A stretch of 64,000 nucleotides of DNA. Source: the human T2T-CHM13v2.0 reference genome, Homo sapiens. Where the stretch lies: assembly GCF_009914755.1 (NCBI RefSeq), contig NC_060937.1. One strand, 5' to 3'. Positions within the stretch are counted from its first letter, which is position 1; every line of letters begins with the position of its first letter. The notes below the pieces were generated by a model, which worked only from the letters and a program-made list of their open reading frames with translations, did not search any database and had not been told where the DNA came from. Of this stretch, positions 28,980 through 46,700 are shown in pieces. The translations under genes and the position numbers were made by a program.

Positions 28980-29625
28980 CTATCATTAAATGAATTATCA
29001 GGCTATGTCTATGAACAAAGTGCTGTACCGTGTACTAAAGGAGATACAAAAATAAATCCTTCACCTCAAGCTTTTGAAGTGAATGCTGAACTATGTCGGA
29101 GGGAATGGGGAAAGGAGGAGGTGTGAGATAAAATTACTAACACACAAAATAAGACAGAATATGACAACTTTTACAAGACAGATACATAGATTAATTGGGA
29201 AACTACCAAAGATCTGTAAATCCCATCTGAAAGCAATCAGGAAAGACTTCAGAGAAGAAATGCAACTTGTAATCTTTATGAATACATTGATTTTTAGGAA
29301 GGAAAGAAGTAAGTATTTCAATTGGGAAGAGCTACATCAGAGACAGAAAGTTCTGAATTGGGGCAAAAGAAGAGGTTGTTTTGCTGCTGCATAGAGTACA
29401 TATAATAGTGCGTACATTTCATAGTGGAAGAGTAGTGGATATGGCTAGGAAGATTGTTAGGGGTATAAATGTGTAAGGTGTTGAGTGCCTAGCAGAGAAG
29501 TTTAATTTTTACTCCATAGGTAATGAAAAGTCACTGGAAATTTTTTAACATGGAACTGAGGTTAACAGTAAAGAGCTTTAGTTTTAAGCTAGCAAGACTA
29601 TCACAGGATGGTTTAGATTGGGGAG
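28980..29625. mobile_element. L2 fragment
   Basis: GCAATCAGGAAAGACTTCAGAGAAG.. and GTAATGAAAAGTCACTGGAAATTTTT L2-like motifs. Confidence 0.5.
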
Positions 29626-30896
29626 GTAATAGGGGTGGAATTGTAATGCAGCCTCGAAACATGTTTTGAAATTAAATGCTTCAATCTCTCTGCTTCTACA
29701 TTTAAAGTTGCATTTTTTCTAATATTTAGTCTATGCAATTCCTTTTAAAGATAAAGTGAAGAAATAGGTTTACCAAACACTGTATTTCTAGGTCATATGT
29801 AAATTCCCTTTGTTGAAGCACATTTTTAGAAAAAGCACAATATATTAGAATTATAACGTATTTCTGACCTGTAATATATCATAATCAAGTGCTGACAGTA
29901 TATGGACTCTCCAGTATTTCTTTCTTAATGTTAAAATATAACCAGTGGTAATTTATTTGACTTATTTTATCTTAATTAGACAAATAATCCTCAATTGCAA
30001 CAAATATTTATTTAGAGTTTCTTGGTGCTTGTCTCAAGAAGGGACAGTGAGGAATCGAAGTATAATGCCCAACCCTCAAAAAACAAATAGAGTTTCTGGG
30101 CACATTCTATGTACTAAGCTTGGTGTTACGGAGACGCTTGCACAGACAGTCTGCTTATTTAGTAAATGCTCTCATTTTTATGCATAAGTAAATAACCTAA
30201 ATTTATATATCCAGAAAGTATGAGTCAAAATTCAAATCCTGTTTTAATTATGAACCCAAAGCTCTTTCTGTATATCTATTGGTATACATAGCATAGCATC
30301 TATACAAGTAGTATATCTATTAACAGACAGATATTCACATGCAAAGACCAGTAAGAACATACGGTAGCAATCAATAAAGGGCAGGGGAATAGTGACAGAA
30401 AATAACCACAAGTGTACTGTACCTGTAAATGTTGAGATATATGTAACGCACTCTCTCCCTTTCCATAATTCAGTTCTAATTTCCACCTTATCCCCAATAA
30501 CCTCTTGTATCCCAGTGATGGAGGGCTAGTACAAAACCATATCAGCTTTACAGACAATACATGGAAGATAGATAATGGGTAGATTGAATGCTTTATATCA
30601 TAATTAGTATTTAGAGATACTTGGGATCTTTACATATGTTTTAGACATCAATTTGCAAAATTTTCATTTCTCAGTTAAAATATTACATACTTTACTTAAT
30701 AGTATAAGTAATTTAATATTAATAGATGTATTCAAATAAATATGTTTATTCTGTAAGTGAGTATTTTGCCTGGAAAGAATTTATTATTGCTAATCCTTAC
30801 AAAGTTTTCCAACCTTAAGTTTTATAGTTGTCATTTTCAGTGAGAAAATTGAAACTGCAAGAGGTTAAGTAACTTGCTCAAGGGCATATATTACTA

Positions 30897-31261
<365 letters not shown>

Positions 31262-31366
31262 TTAGCTTTAAAGAGCCTGTTATCTATTTATAGAAATATA
31301 CTCAAATTAAAAATTAATAATAATGAAAACTGTACGCATGTTTCAATGACCAGAGAGAACAGTCAT

Positions 31367-31863
31367 TGTATTAGTTTCCTATTGCTACTATAACAAATTA
31401 CCACAAATATGGTGACTTAAAACAACAGAAATTTATTATCTTGCAGTTCTGGAGGTTAGAAGTTCAAAATGGATCTCACTGGGCTAAAATTAAGTTGTAC
31501 ACAGTGCTGCTGTCTCTATTCTGTAGGTTTAGAGGACAGTCCTTTATGTTCCCTTTTCCTGCTTTTAGAGACAGCCTGTATTATTGGATTCAAGGCCCCC
31601 TTCCACCTTCAAAGCCAGCAATGGCTGATCCAGTCTTTCTCACCCTATCTTACTCTGATTCTCTGTCTTCTGCCTCACTTTTTTACACTTAAAGGACTCA
31701 TGTGATTATATTGGGCCCAACCTCATCATCCAGGATAATCTTATGCTAAGATTTTTAACTCACTCACATCTGCAAAGTCTCATTTTCAATAAAAGGTCAC
31801 ATATTTACAGGTACTAGGGATTTTGACACGGACTTATTTGTTCCCATTGCCCTGCCTGCCACA
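31367..31863 (-). mobile_element. MaLR solo LTR (MLT1C/D/E-like)
   Basis: TGTATTAGTTTCCTATTGCT..AACAAATTACCACAAA..CAGTTCTGGAGG..CACATCTGCAAAGTC..CCTGCCACA. Confidence 0.85.
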
Positions 31864-31927
31864 ATCAGAAAAGGTTTTTTTGAGGAAAGTGAAATGTAGA
31901 ACTTGGCCTATAAGAAATTAATCACTA

Positions 31928-32235
<308 letters not shown>

Positions 32236-33282
32236 TCAATCATTTTGCCTTGTGAAAAGAAGCATATTACTGAATATATCATATTATCATAAATATATTA
32301 GAAAAGAAGAGAAAGCAGGCTCTGAGTAAACAGGTCCAATAATTTCCACATTTTAGACAGAAATAAAGTGAAGGAGGAAAGACCCAGGAATAGGAATCTG
32401 CTGAATCTCTGTAATGTCTCTCACAATGACTTCCTGTTTGTTCTCTAGACAATACCCTAGGCTTTTCACCTTCTATTGCTATCTAGGATCCTGCATCCAA
32501 ACGCCTCTTTCAATCCATCCCACGTTTTACATTTCATGCGTCATCATCCTGCCTCGAAGCTTCTGTTTGTCTCTATTATGCATGAGATAAAATTCAAAGT
32601 CTTCCACAAAATGGACTGTACCTAACTTTTTAGTGTTAATGTACTTTTTTTAAAACAGATTCTCTATTGTTGCCAAACATGTCTATTCATGGTTCCTTGA
32701 ACATGCGAACTGCATTCTTCCTCTACTCAAAACAGTTTTCTTGCCAGGAAAGTCTGGAGTCCTTCTTCTTTCTAAATCCTATCTGTCTAATTTTGCCAGA
32801 GATCTTTTCTTATTTCCCCAGATTTCATGGGTTGACACTTTCCTAATTTCCAAGACACTTAGTGTCTACTCTATGTTTGTCACAAAATGGCCACATATTT
32901 GCTTTTTAAATGTAGGTTGATATTCTTAATGTAAATATCCTATCTACTCAACTACATTCTAAATCCCTTACAATTAGGGACTGTACCATATTCTCATACT
33001 CTCAGTGTTCCCAACCCATAGCACATAGCCTTACTTATAAATAGCTCTAGTAGATGTTTGTGGATGATTATGATGACTTATGTTTTGAAGGATCTAAAAT
33101 ATATATACATAAAAGCCTGCTGATATTTGGTTATTTGCACATAATAGAAATATGGTCAGGAGCCATGGGGGATATAGGATAGTTCAGAAGCCAGAAGATT
33201 GATGGAGTTACCATGATAAAAACCGTAAGTTCTAGCATGCTGGTCAAGATTCTGAAATGAGCCCATAGCAAGAGTTAAATGT

Positions 33283-33580
<298 letters not shown>

Positions 33581-34317
33581 TTAAATGCAAGGATATAATA
33601 AGTAGTGGTGGCTCAGATTCTTCCAAATATTGTCATGTATATTTTAAAAATTTAAGTACTAATTACATTATAAGCAACTTCTAGATAAAATTCCTGGGGA
33701 TAAAACCAACCACCATCTACATTACTGCAAAAATTTAAAAGTTCTGATATATCACATTTACTATAGTTTTGTATCACCAAAAATGATCATACAACTCAGG
33801 ATATATAATACCTTTCTAAGCAGATTCTGTTTTTTGTTTATCTTGAAATGATTTTTAGTTGAGAGGAGATATGAAATCACTTTTCAAGAACTGGCTCAAA
33901 TATTTCTTACTCTAGAAAACCTTTTCCAAATTATTTCAGAATTAGTCATTTTTATCCATCCAATATGATCCTCTTTCTCCTCTGCTCAGCAGGGCTGCTG
34001 ATTACTACTGAGTTTTTCTTTTCCCAAGGGACAAACTACAAATCACTCTAAGGAAATGAATTTAGAAATTACATACTGAGCTTACATCTCCCAAAGACTC
34101 CAGGCCCTCAAATTCTACTTCTGTTGCTTGCTCCCCAGGGACTGAAAACAGTTATTTTTTGAAATACATATTCCCAACTTTTATAATTGTTTTTAGCAGA
34201 ATGGATTGTACATTACCTTCTACCAAAAGTAGAATATCTTTTCCTTAAATTTTGAATTGTAACTAAAATTGACCATAATTATCATGAAATAAACAATTTG
34301 ACCAGGTCCTTATAAAG

Positions 34318-35010
34318 TTGGCTATTATTAAAAAGTTAAAAAAAAAGATGCTGGTGAGGCTGCAGAGAAAAGGGACTGCTTATATACTGCTGGTGGGAAT
34401 GTAAATTAGTTCAGCTATTGTGGTAATCAGTCTGAAGATTTCTCAAAAAACTTAAAACAGAACTACCATTCAACTCAGCAATTCCATTACTGGTTATATA
34501 CTCAAAGGAAAATAAGTCTTTCTACCAAAAAGACACATTCACATATGTTCATTAGTAAAATATTCACAATAGCAAAGGCATCAAATCAACCCAGGTGCCC
34601 ATAAATAGTGGATTGGAACAAGAAAATATGGTACATATACACCATGGAATACTAGATAGTGATAAAAAAGAATGGAATCATGTCCTTTGCAGCAACATGG
34701 ATACTATGAAAGGCCATAATCCTAAGCAAATTAACAGGGGAACAGAAAATCAAATATCATATGTTCTCAGTTATAAGTGGGAGCTAAACATTGAGCACAC
34801 ATGAACACAGAGAGGGGAACAACAGACACTGTGGACTACTAGAGCAGGGAAAGAAGGGGATATGGGTTGAAAAACTACCTATTGAGTACTATGCTCACTA
34901 CCAGGGTGACAGAATCTGTACCATAACCTCAGCATCATGCAATATCCCCATGTAACAAATCTCCAAATGTACCCCCTGTATCTAAAATAAAAGTTGACAT
35001 TTTGAAATAA
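34318..35010 (+). mobile_element. L1 3' end (L1PB-like)
   Basis: ORF2 C-terminal DNA and 3'UTR GGGTTGAAAAACTACCTATTG..CCTCAGCATCATGCAATAT..CTAAAATAAAAGTTGA. Confidence 0.88.
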
Positions 35011-37425
35011 GTTAAATGATCAATAAAATGAAACTTTATTCCATAAGCATCAATATATTAAAAATAATAGCCTTGATAATTATCATAAATATTGGCTTAT
35101 ATTTAGAAAAATGTAAAAATACTCTCTAAAGTTAGTACAATGGCATTAATAGTGACAGGATTCTGAGAATAAATCTTCAGCATCAGAGGTGTACGTATTC
35201 TGTCACTCATCTGATGCCTCTCATTCCTTCTTATAAAAAATGCTGCATACTTCAGATACAATGTCCATTTCAGAGATCTGATAGATATTGTTACTTTTGC
35301 ATATAATTCTAGTTTCTATTCTTCATTCCAGTTCTTTCATAAATGTGAATTACCCAAGGAATTCATTATTCTTAATTTAGGATGAAGTGCTCATCCACTT
35401 TAAGAAACACTAGACATGTATTCTTCTTAACTAAATCGTCACAAAGCAAGTTATATGTCACTTTCTGGTTATCAGTCTAGTTCCAGTGAACCAATAACTA
35501 GCTTTTTAAACTACCAATTTTCAGTTTATCTAGTTTAGTCTTATTTATTCACTTTTCTTTCTCTGGCAGGAGTTCTCACATAATTTAACAGGATTCCTAA
35601 GGACAGCATTGTCACACACACTGAAGCATGGAAGATTTGCATTCTGTGTCTTCAATCTGAGCAAAATTATTAAATTAGCACTCTGTTGTAAGTTAGATTA
35701 ATTAATTTACTATACCCTGAAGTTATTTCACTTGTATGACTACACAAAGTTGTATAAGAGAAAGATATTATCTATTATGCATTCACGAATTAGCACCCTA
35801 AGGGTATTAGAGAAAATGTAGTGTATTGAGACTACAAACAAAATAATTCCAAATTTAAAAATATAAAATATTTATATTTGAAAATTAAACCTGATATATA
35901 AAAAGGTTAACTTTGGCTTTATTTCTCATCATCAAAATCTTGAAAATGGCACATGGTTGGGAGGGATCCCCAAGATAGCCAAACAGAAACAGCTCTGATC
36001 TGCAGCTCCCAGACAGACTAATGCGGAAGGTGAGGGATTTCTGCATTTCCAACTGTGTACCAAGTTCATCTCACTTGGACTGACTAGGAGGTGGGCACAA
36101 CCCACAGAGAGTGAGGAGAAGCAGGGTGGGGCGGCACTTCACCTGGGAGCTGCACAGGGCAGGGGGACCCCCCATCCCAGTCCAGCCAAGGGAAGTGGTG
36201 AGGGACTGTGCTACCCACTAGGGGTGCAATGCTTTTCCCCATGGATTTTTGCAATCCGCTGATCAAATCAGGAGATTCCCTCCCGAGTCTACACCACCAG
36301 GGTGCTGGATCTCAAGCACAAAATTAGGCAGCTGTTCAGGCAGGCACTGAGCTGCGGGAGTGTTTACATACTCCAGTCATGCGTGGAACTCCGGTGAGAC
36401 AGGAGAATCATTCAGTCCCACGGAAAGGGGGCTAAAGCCAGGGAGCCAAGTGGTCTTGGTCTGTGGGTCCCACTCCCACAGAGCCCAGCAAACTATGAAC
36501 CACTGGCTTGAAATTCCCACTGGCAGCACAGCAGTCTGAAGTCTGCCTGGAAGAACCGAGTTCCTGGGGGAAGTGGTGACTGCCCTTACTGCAGCTCTAG
36601 TAGGTGGTTTTCCCCTGACAGTGCTAAAGAGACTGGGAAGTTTGGACTGGGCAGAATTCCCCACAGCGCAGCAAAGCAGCTATGGCAGATCTTGGCCAGA
36701 CAGCTTCTTTAGATCTTCCTCACCAGACAGGGCATCCCTGCATGAATTTCAGCAGCTCTAGTCAGGAGCTAACAGACAGAACTCTCACCTCCCTGGGACA
36801 GAGCACCTTGGGGCATGGGCAGCCACCATCTCAGGTTCAGCCTGCCTGCCAGCTCTGAAGAGATCAGCTGATCCCAATTAGGGGGATTTCCCCAGCCCAG
36901 CACACCAGCTCCACTAAGGAACAGGCTGCCTCTTCAAGCAGGTCCCTGACCCCGTGCCTTGTGACTGGGTGAGACCTCGTCAGACACTTCATACAGGAGA
37001 GCTCCAGCTGGCAGCAGGTTGGTGCCCTTCTGGGAGGAAGCTTCCAGAGGAAGGAGCAGGCAGCAGTCTTTGCTGTTGTGCAGCCCCCACTGGTGAGATC
37101 CAGGCGAACAAGGTGTGGAGTAGACCCCTACCAAACTGCAGCAGACCTGCAGACAAGGGTACTGACAGAAGAAAAACAAACAGAAAGCAACAACAAAAAC
37201 AACACCAACAAAAAAGACTCCACAAAATCCCCATTCAAAGGTCATCAGCCTCAAAGATCAAAGGAAGATAAATCCATGAAGATGGAGAAAAACCAACACA
37301 AAAGTGCTGAAAATCCCAAAAACCAGAATGCCTCTTCTGCTCCAAATGATCATAACACTTCTCCAGCAAGGGCACAGAATGGGGCTGAAGCTGAGTTGGA
37401 TGAAGTGACAGAAGTAGGCTTCAGA

Positions 37426-37763
<338 letters not shown>

Positions 37764-38611
37764 CTAAAGAATTATGTTCTAATCCAATGCAAAGAAGCTA
37801 AGAACCATAAAAAAAGCATTATGGGAGCTGTTAACTAGAATAATCAGTTTAGAGAGGAACATAAATGATCTGATGGAGCTGAAAAACACAGCACGGGAAC
37901 TTCATGATGCAAACGCAAGTATCAATAGCTGAATCAAACAAGCAGAAAAGAGAATATCAGAGCTTGAAGACTATCTTGCTGAAATAAGGCAGGCAGACAA
38001 GATTAGAGAAAAAAGAATGAAAAGGAATGAACAAAACCTCCGAGAACTATGGGACTATGTAAAGAGGCTGAACCTCAAAATGATTGAAGTACCTGAAAGA
38101 AATGGGGAGAATGGAACCAAGGTGGAAAACACTCTTCAGGATATCATCCAGGAAAACTTCCCTAACCTAGCAAGACAGGCCAATATTCAAATTCAGAATA
38201 TCCAGAGAACTGCAATAAGATATTCCATGAAAAGTTCTACCCGAAGACACATAATCATGAGGTTCTTCAAGGTTGAAATGAAGCAAAAAATGTTAACGGC
38301 AGCCAGAGAGAAGGCAAGGTAACCTACAAAGAGAAGTTCATCAGCCCAACAGCAGACCTTTCAGCAGAAACCCTACACATCAAAGAGATAGTGGGCTGAT
38401 ATTCAACATTCTTTAAAAAAAAAATTCAAGCCAGAATTTCATATCCAGCCAAACTAAGCTTCATAAGCGAATGAGAAATAAAATCTTTTTCGGACAAGCA
38501 AATGCCGAGGGATTTTGTCACCACCAGGCCTGCCTTGCAAGAGCTCCTGAAGGAAGCACTAAGCATGGATAGAAAAAACCATAACCAGCCACTACAAAAA
38601 CACACTGAAGT

Positions 38612-40637
<2,026 letters not shown>

Positions 40638-43154
40638 AAAAAAACGCTGAAGTACACAGACCAATGACACTATGAAGAAACTACATCAACAAGTCTGCAA
40701 AATAACCAGCTAGCATCATGATGACAGGATCAAATTCACACCTAACAATATTAACCTTAAATGTAAATGGGCTAAATGCCCCAATTAAAAGACACAGAAT
40801 GGCAAGCTGGATACAAAGACAAGACCCATCGGTGTGCTGTATTTAAGAGACACATTTCATGTACAAAGACACACATAGACACAAAATAAAGGGGCAGAGG
40901 GAAATTTACCAAGCAAATGGAAAGCAGAGAAAAGCAGGAGTTGCAATCCAAGTTTCTGCCAAAACAGACTTTAAACCAACAAAGGTCAAAAAAGACAAAG
41001 AACGTCATTACATAATGTTAAACGGTTCAATTCAACAAGAAGAGCTAACTATCCTAAATATATATGCACCCAATACAGGAGCACCCAGATTCATAAAGCA
41101 AGTTCTTGGAGACCTACAAAGAGACCTAAACCCCCACAAAATAATAGTGGGAGACTTTAATTCCTCACTGTTAGTATTAGACAGATCATCAAGACAGAAA
41201 ATTAACAAAGATATTCAGGACTTGAACTCAGCTCTAGGCCAAGTGGACCTGATAGATGTCTAAAGAACTCACCACCCAAAACCAAAAGAATATACATTTT
41301 TTTCAGCACCACATGGCACTCTAAAATTGATTACATAATTGAAAGTAAAACACTCCTCAGAAAATGCAAAAGAACTGAATTCATAACAGACAGTCTCTCA
41401 GACCATAGCACAATCAAATCAGAAGTGAAGATTAAAAAGCTCACTCAAAACCACACAACTACATGGAAATTGAAAAACCTGCACCTGAATGACTCCTGTG
41501 TAAATAATTAAAGTAAGGCAGAAATCAAGAAGTTCTGTTAAACCAGTGAGAACAAAGAGACAATGTATCAGAATCTCTGGAATGCAGCTAAAGCAGTGTT
41601 ATGAGGGAGATTTACTGCACTAAATGCTCACATCAAAAAGCTAGAAAGAGCTCAAATTGACACCCTAACATCATAACTAAAAGAACTAGAAAACCAAGAA
41701 CAAACAAACCTCAGAGCTAGCAGAAGACAATAAATAACAAACCTCAGAGCAGAACTGAAGGAGACAGAGACATAAAAAGCCCTTCAAAAAATCAACAAAT
41801 ATAGGAGCTGGTTTTTTTCAATAAATTGATAAAATAAATAGACCATTAAGTGAGGCTTAAAAAGAAAAGAGAGACAATTCAAATAAACACAATAAGAAAT
41901 AATAAGGGGAATACCACCACTGACCCCACAGAAATAAAAACAACCATCAGATAATACTATAAACACCTCTATACAAGTAAACTGGAAAATCTAGAAGAAA
42001 TAGATACATTCCTGGACACATACACCCTCCCAAGATGGAACCAGGAAGAACTTGAATCCCTGAATAGACTAACAACAAGTTGTGAATTTGAGGCAGTAAT
42101 ACATAGCCTACCAACCAAAAAAAGCCCACGTGCAGTTGGATTTACAGCTGAATTCTACCAGAGGAAGAAAGAAAAGCTAGTACCATTTCTTCTGAAACTA
42201 TTCCAAACAATTAAAAAGGAAGGACTCCTCCCTAAATTATTTTATGAGGCCAGCATCATCCTGATACCAAAACATGGCACAGACATTACCAAAAAGGAAA
42301 AGTTCAGGCCAATATCCCTGGTAAACATACTCTAAAAAGAACATAAACCAGCTGAGTATCCGACAACCATTGGCCCTGAAACCCAGAGAATGCTCAAATA
42401 GATTTTCTATATTACAAACTAGGACATTTGCTGATTTTGAGGTGGCACAGGAGACTGCGAGTGAAGGGCTGAAAGGCAAGGGTCAAGGCCCCCACAGTCT
42501 ACAGGCATGAGCTTTTTCTATGATTCTAGTTGTCTGCACTGCATCTGTCATCTAGGTCTTTCTAGAGATACTGTAGCTTTCCTTTATCTACCACAGATAT
42601 CTCTAACAACATGACATCTTTCAGATCCGATGGCCAAAAAAAGTGGATCTTCTGGCAACATAGTCTGAGTCAGACAAATTCACACTAGAGGAAACTGCAA
42701 TAATTCTTTCTCTTAAGACACTTATAAAATTTTGAATTCACATGTGTGAGTGGCTTAAGAGTTAAGCTTAAAACATCCGAAAGTTACAATTTTCAGAGTA
42801 AAAGAATTAGACAACGATTGGTTTTTATAACAAGCTAATGTGAGCCATGCCCAAGCTGGAACTCTGCAGAAAAAAACAGTGGAATTACTGACAATCTTGC
42901 TTGACAATTTGTATTTAGGAGAGAAATTTTTGATGAGGAGGGGAGGGATCTGAGAAATGTGTCACATGAATCTAACTAAAGCTGCCACCTATCCCTGACT
43001 CAGCTCAATTATGATGGTGCTGAGATAATCACAACATTATCATATCTACATCATAAAGTATGAATTATCTCTGAGGAAAAAATAACATTAATTTCTATTT
43101 CTATGTTTTCTTAAACAATGTGTGAGGCATAGAGTAAAATATATATATTGACTT

Positions 43155-43250
43155 GGCCAGGCGCGGTGGCTCACGCCTGTAATCCCAACACTTCAGGAGG
43201 CCAAGGCGGGTGGATCACGAGGTCAGGAGATCAAGACCATCCTGGCCAAC
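43155..43250 (+). mobile_element. Alu left-arm fragment (AluSc/Y-like), 3'-truncated
   Basis: GGCCAGGCGCGGTGGCTCACGCC..GGATCACGAGGTCAGGAGATCAAGACCATCCTGGCCAAC, then an abrupt end. Confidence 0.9.
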
Positions 43251-43647
43251 TTATGATGGTTTGACTTACAAATTTTTCAATTTTAGGATGCAATAATGAT
43301 ACACATTCAGTAGAAATCATACTTCAAATTGTAATTTTAATCATTTTTTGGGCTAGCAATATACAGTACAATACTCTCTTGTGATGCCGGGTAGCAGCAA
43401 GTTGTAGCTCCCAGGCAGCCACACAATCACAAGGGTAAACCACCAATACTCTGTAGTGTGCTGTGTTGCCAAATGATTTTGCCCAACTTTAGGCTCCTGC
43501 ACGTGTTCTGACCATGTTGAAGGTGGGCTAGGCTAAGCTATTATATTCAGTAGACTAAGTATATTAAATGCATGTTCAACTTAAGATATTTCCAACTCAT
43601 GATGGTGTATTGGGACATAACCTCATTGTTAAGTCAAGGAGAATCTG
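43247..43647 (-). mobile_element. MER47/Tigger-type non-autonomous DNA transposon
   Basis: ACTTATGATGGTTTGACTTAC at the left and GTTAAGTCAAGGAGAATCTG at the right resemble MER47 terminal inverted repeats. Confidence 0.75.
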
Positions 43648-43768
43648 TGTGTGGTGGGGCAGAGGGTGGGGCCAGCAAGTGAAAGGGCAGAATGAGAGAC
43701 GAAGAGAAAACAGAAGCAGATTCAAAGAATAACAAATGTTAAAAAACAGGACTTTAAAAATAACTAAA

Positions 43769-46700
43769 ATCTCATGTGCAAAGACACATATAGGCTCAAA
43801 ATAAAGGGATGGAGGAATATTTACCAAGCAAATGGAAGGCAAAAAAAAAAAAGCAGGGGTTGCAATCCTAGTCTCTGATAAAACAGACATTAAACCAACA
43901 AAGCTCAAAAAAGACAAAGCAGGGCATTACATAATGGTAAAGGGATCAATGCAACAAGAAGAGCTAACTATCCTAAATATATGTGTACCCAATACAGGAG
44001 CACCCAGATTCATAAAATAAGTTATTAGAGACCTACAAAGAGACTTAGGCTCCCACGCAATAATAGTGGGAGTCTTTAACACCCCACTGTCAATATTAGA
44101 CATTAATGAGGCAGAAAATCAACAAGGATATTCAGGACTTGAACTCAGCTCTGGACCAAGTGGATCTAATAGACATGTATAGAACTCTCCATGCCAAATC
44201 AACAGAATATACATTCTTCTCAGGGCCACATAGCATGTATTCTAAAATTGACCACATAATTGGAAGTAAAACACTCCTCAGCAAATACAAAAGAAGTCAA
44301 ATCATAACAAACGGTCTCTTAGACCACAGTGCAATCAAATTAGAACTCAAGATTAAGAAACACAAAACTGCACAACTACATGGAAATTGAACAACCTGCT
44401 CCTGAATGACTACTGGGTAAATAATGAAATTAAGGCAGAAATAAAGAAATTCTATGAAACCAATAAGAACAAAAAGACAACATACCAGAATCTCTGGGAC
44501 ACAGCTAAAGCAGTGTTAAGGGAAATTTAGAGCACTAAATGCCCACAACAGAAGCCTGGAAAGATCTAAAATCAACACCCTAACATCACAATTCAAAGAA
44601 CTAGAGAAGTAAGAGCAAACACATTCAAAAGCTAGCAAAAGACAAGAAATAACTAAGATCAGAGCAGAACTGAAGGAGATAGACATGAAAAACCCTTCAA
44701 AAAAATCAATGAATCCAGAAGCTGGTTTTGTGAAAGATTAACAAAATAGCTGGACCACTAGCTGTACTAATAAAGAAGAAAAGAGAGAAGAATCAAATAG
44801 ACACAATAAAAAATGATAAAGGGGATATCACCACTGATCCCAAAGAAATAAAAACTGCCGTCATAGAATATTATAAACACTTCTATGCAAATAAACTAGA
44901 AAATCGAGAAGAAATGGATAAATTCTAGGACAAATACACCCTCCCAAGACTAAACCAGGAAGAAGTCAAATCCCTGAACCAATAACAAGTTCTAAAATTG
45001 AGCAAGTAATTAATAGCCTACCAACTAAATAAAGTCCAGGACCAGACTGATTCAGAGCCAAATTGTACCAGAGGTACAAAGAGGAGCTGGTACCATTCCT
45101 TCCGAAACTATTCCAAACAATAGAAAAAGAAGGACTCCTCCCTAACTCATTTTAGGAGGACAGAATCATCCTGATACCAAAACCGGGCAGAGACACAACA
45201 ACAACAACAAAAAAATTCAGGCCAATATCCCTGATGAACATCAATGCAAAAATTCTCAACAAAATATTGGCAAACCAAATCCAGCAGCACATCAAAAAGC
45301 TTATCCACCACAATCAAGTTGGCTTTATTCATGGAATCCAAGGCTGGTTCAATATACAAAAATCAATAAATGTAATCCATCACATAAACAGAGTTAATGA
45401 CAAAAACCACATGATTATCTCAATTGATGCAGAAAAGGCCTTCAACAAAATTCAACATCCTTTCATGCTAAAAACTCTCAATAAACTAACTACTGATGGA
45501 GCATATCTCAAAATAATAAGAGCTCTTTATGACAAACCCATAGCCAATATCATATTGAATGGACAAAAGCTGGAAGCATTCCCTTTGAAAACTGGCATAA
45601 GACAAGGATGCCCTCTCTCACAACTCCTATTCAACATAATATTGGAAGTTCTGGCCAGGGCAATTAGGCAAGAGAAAGAAATAAAGGGTATTCAAAGAGG
45701 AAGACAGAAAGTCAAATTGTCTCTGTTTGCAGATGATGTGATTGTATATTTAGAAAACTCCATCGTCTCAGCCCCCAAACTCCTTAAGCTGATAAGCAAC
45801 TTCAGCAAAGTCTCAGGATACAAAATCAATGTGCAAAACTCAGAAGCATTCCTGTACATCAAAAATAGACAAGCAGAGAGACAATCATGAGTGAACTTCC
45901 ATTCACAATTGCTACAAAATGAATAAAATACCTAGGATACAACTTACAAGGGATGTGGAGGACCTCTTTAAGGACAACTACAGACCACTGCTTCAAGGAA
46001 ATAAGAGAGGACACAAACAAATGGAAAAACATTCCATGATCATGGATAGGAAGAATCAATATTGTGACAATGCCCATAGCATTATAGATTCAATGCTATC
46101 CCCATCAAGCTACCAATGATTTTCTTCACAGAATTAGAAAAAAAAACATTTTAAATTTCATATGGAATAAAACAAAAGAGCCTGTATAGCCAAGACAATC
46201 CTAAGCAAAAAGAACAAAGCTGGAGGCATCGCGCTACCTGACTTCAAACTGTACTACAAGGCTACAATAACAAAAACAGAATGGTACTGGTACAAAAATA
46301 GGCACATAGAACAGAGCCCTGGAAATAACATCACACATCTACAACCATCTGATATTCAACAAACCTGACATAAACAAGCAATAGGGAAAGGATTCCTTAT
46401 TTAATAAATGGTGCTGGAAAAATTGGCTAGCCATATGCAGAAAACTGAAACTAGACCCCTTCCTTAACACTTTATGGAAAAATTAACTCAAGATGGATTA
46501 AAGACTTAAATGTAAAACCCAAAATCATAAAAACCCTAGAAGGAAACCTAGGCAATATCATTCAGGACATAGGCATGGGCAAAGGCTTCATGACTAAAAC
46601 ACCAAAAACTATTGCAACAAAAGCCAAAATTGACAAATGGGATTTAATCAAACTAAAGAGCTTCTGCACAACAAAAGGAAGTATCATCAGAGTGAAAACG

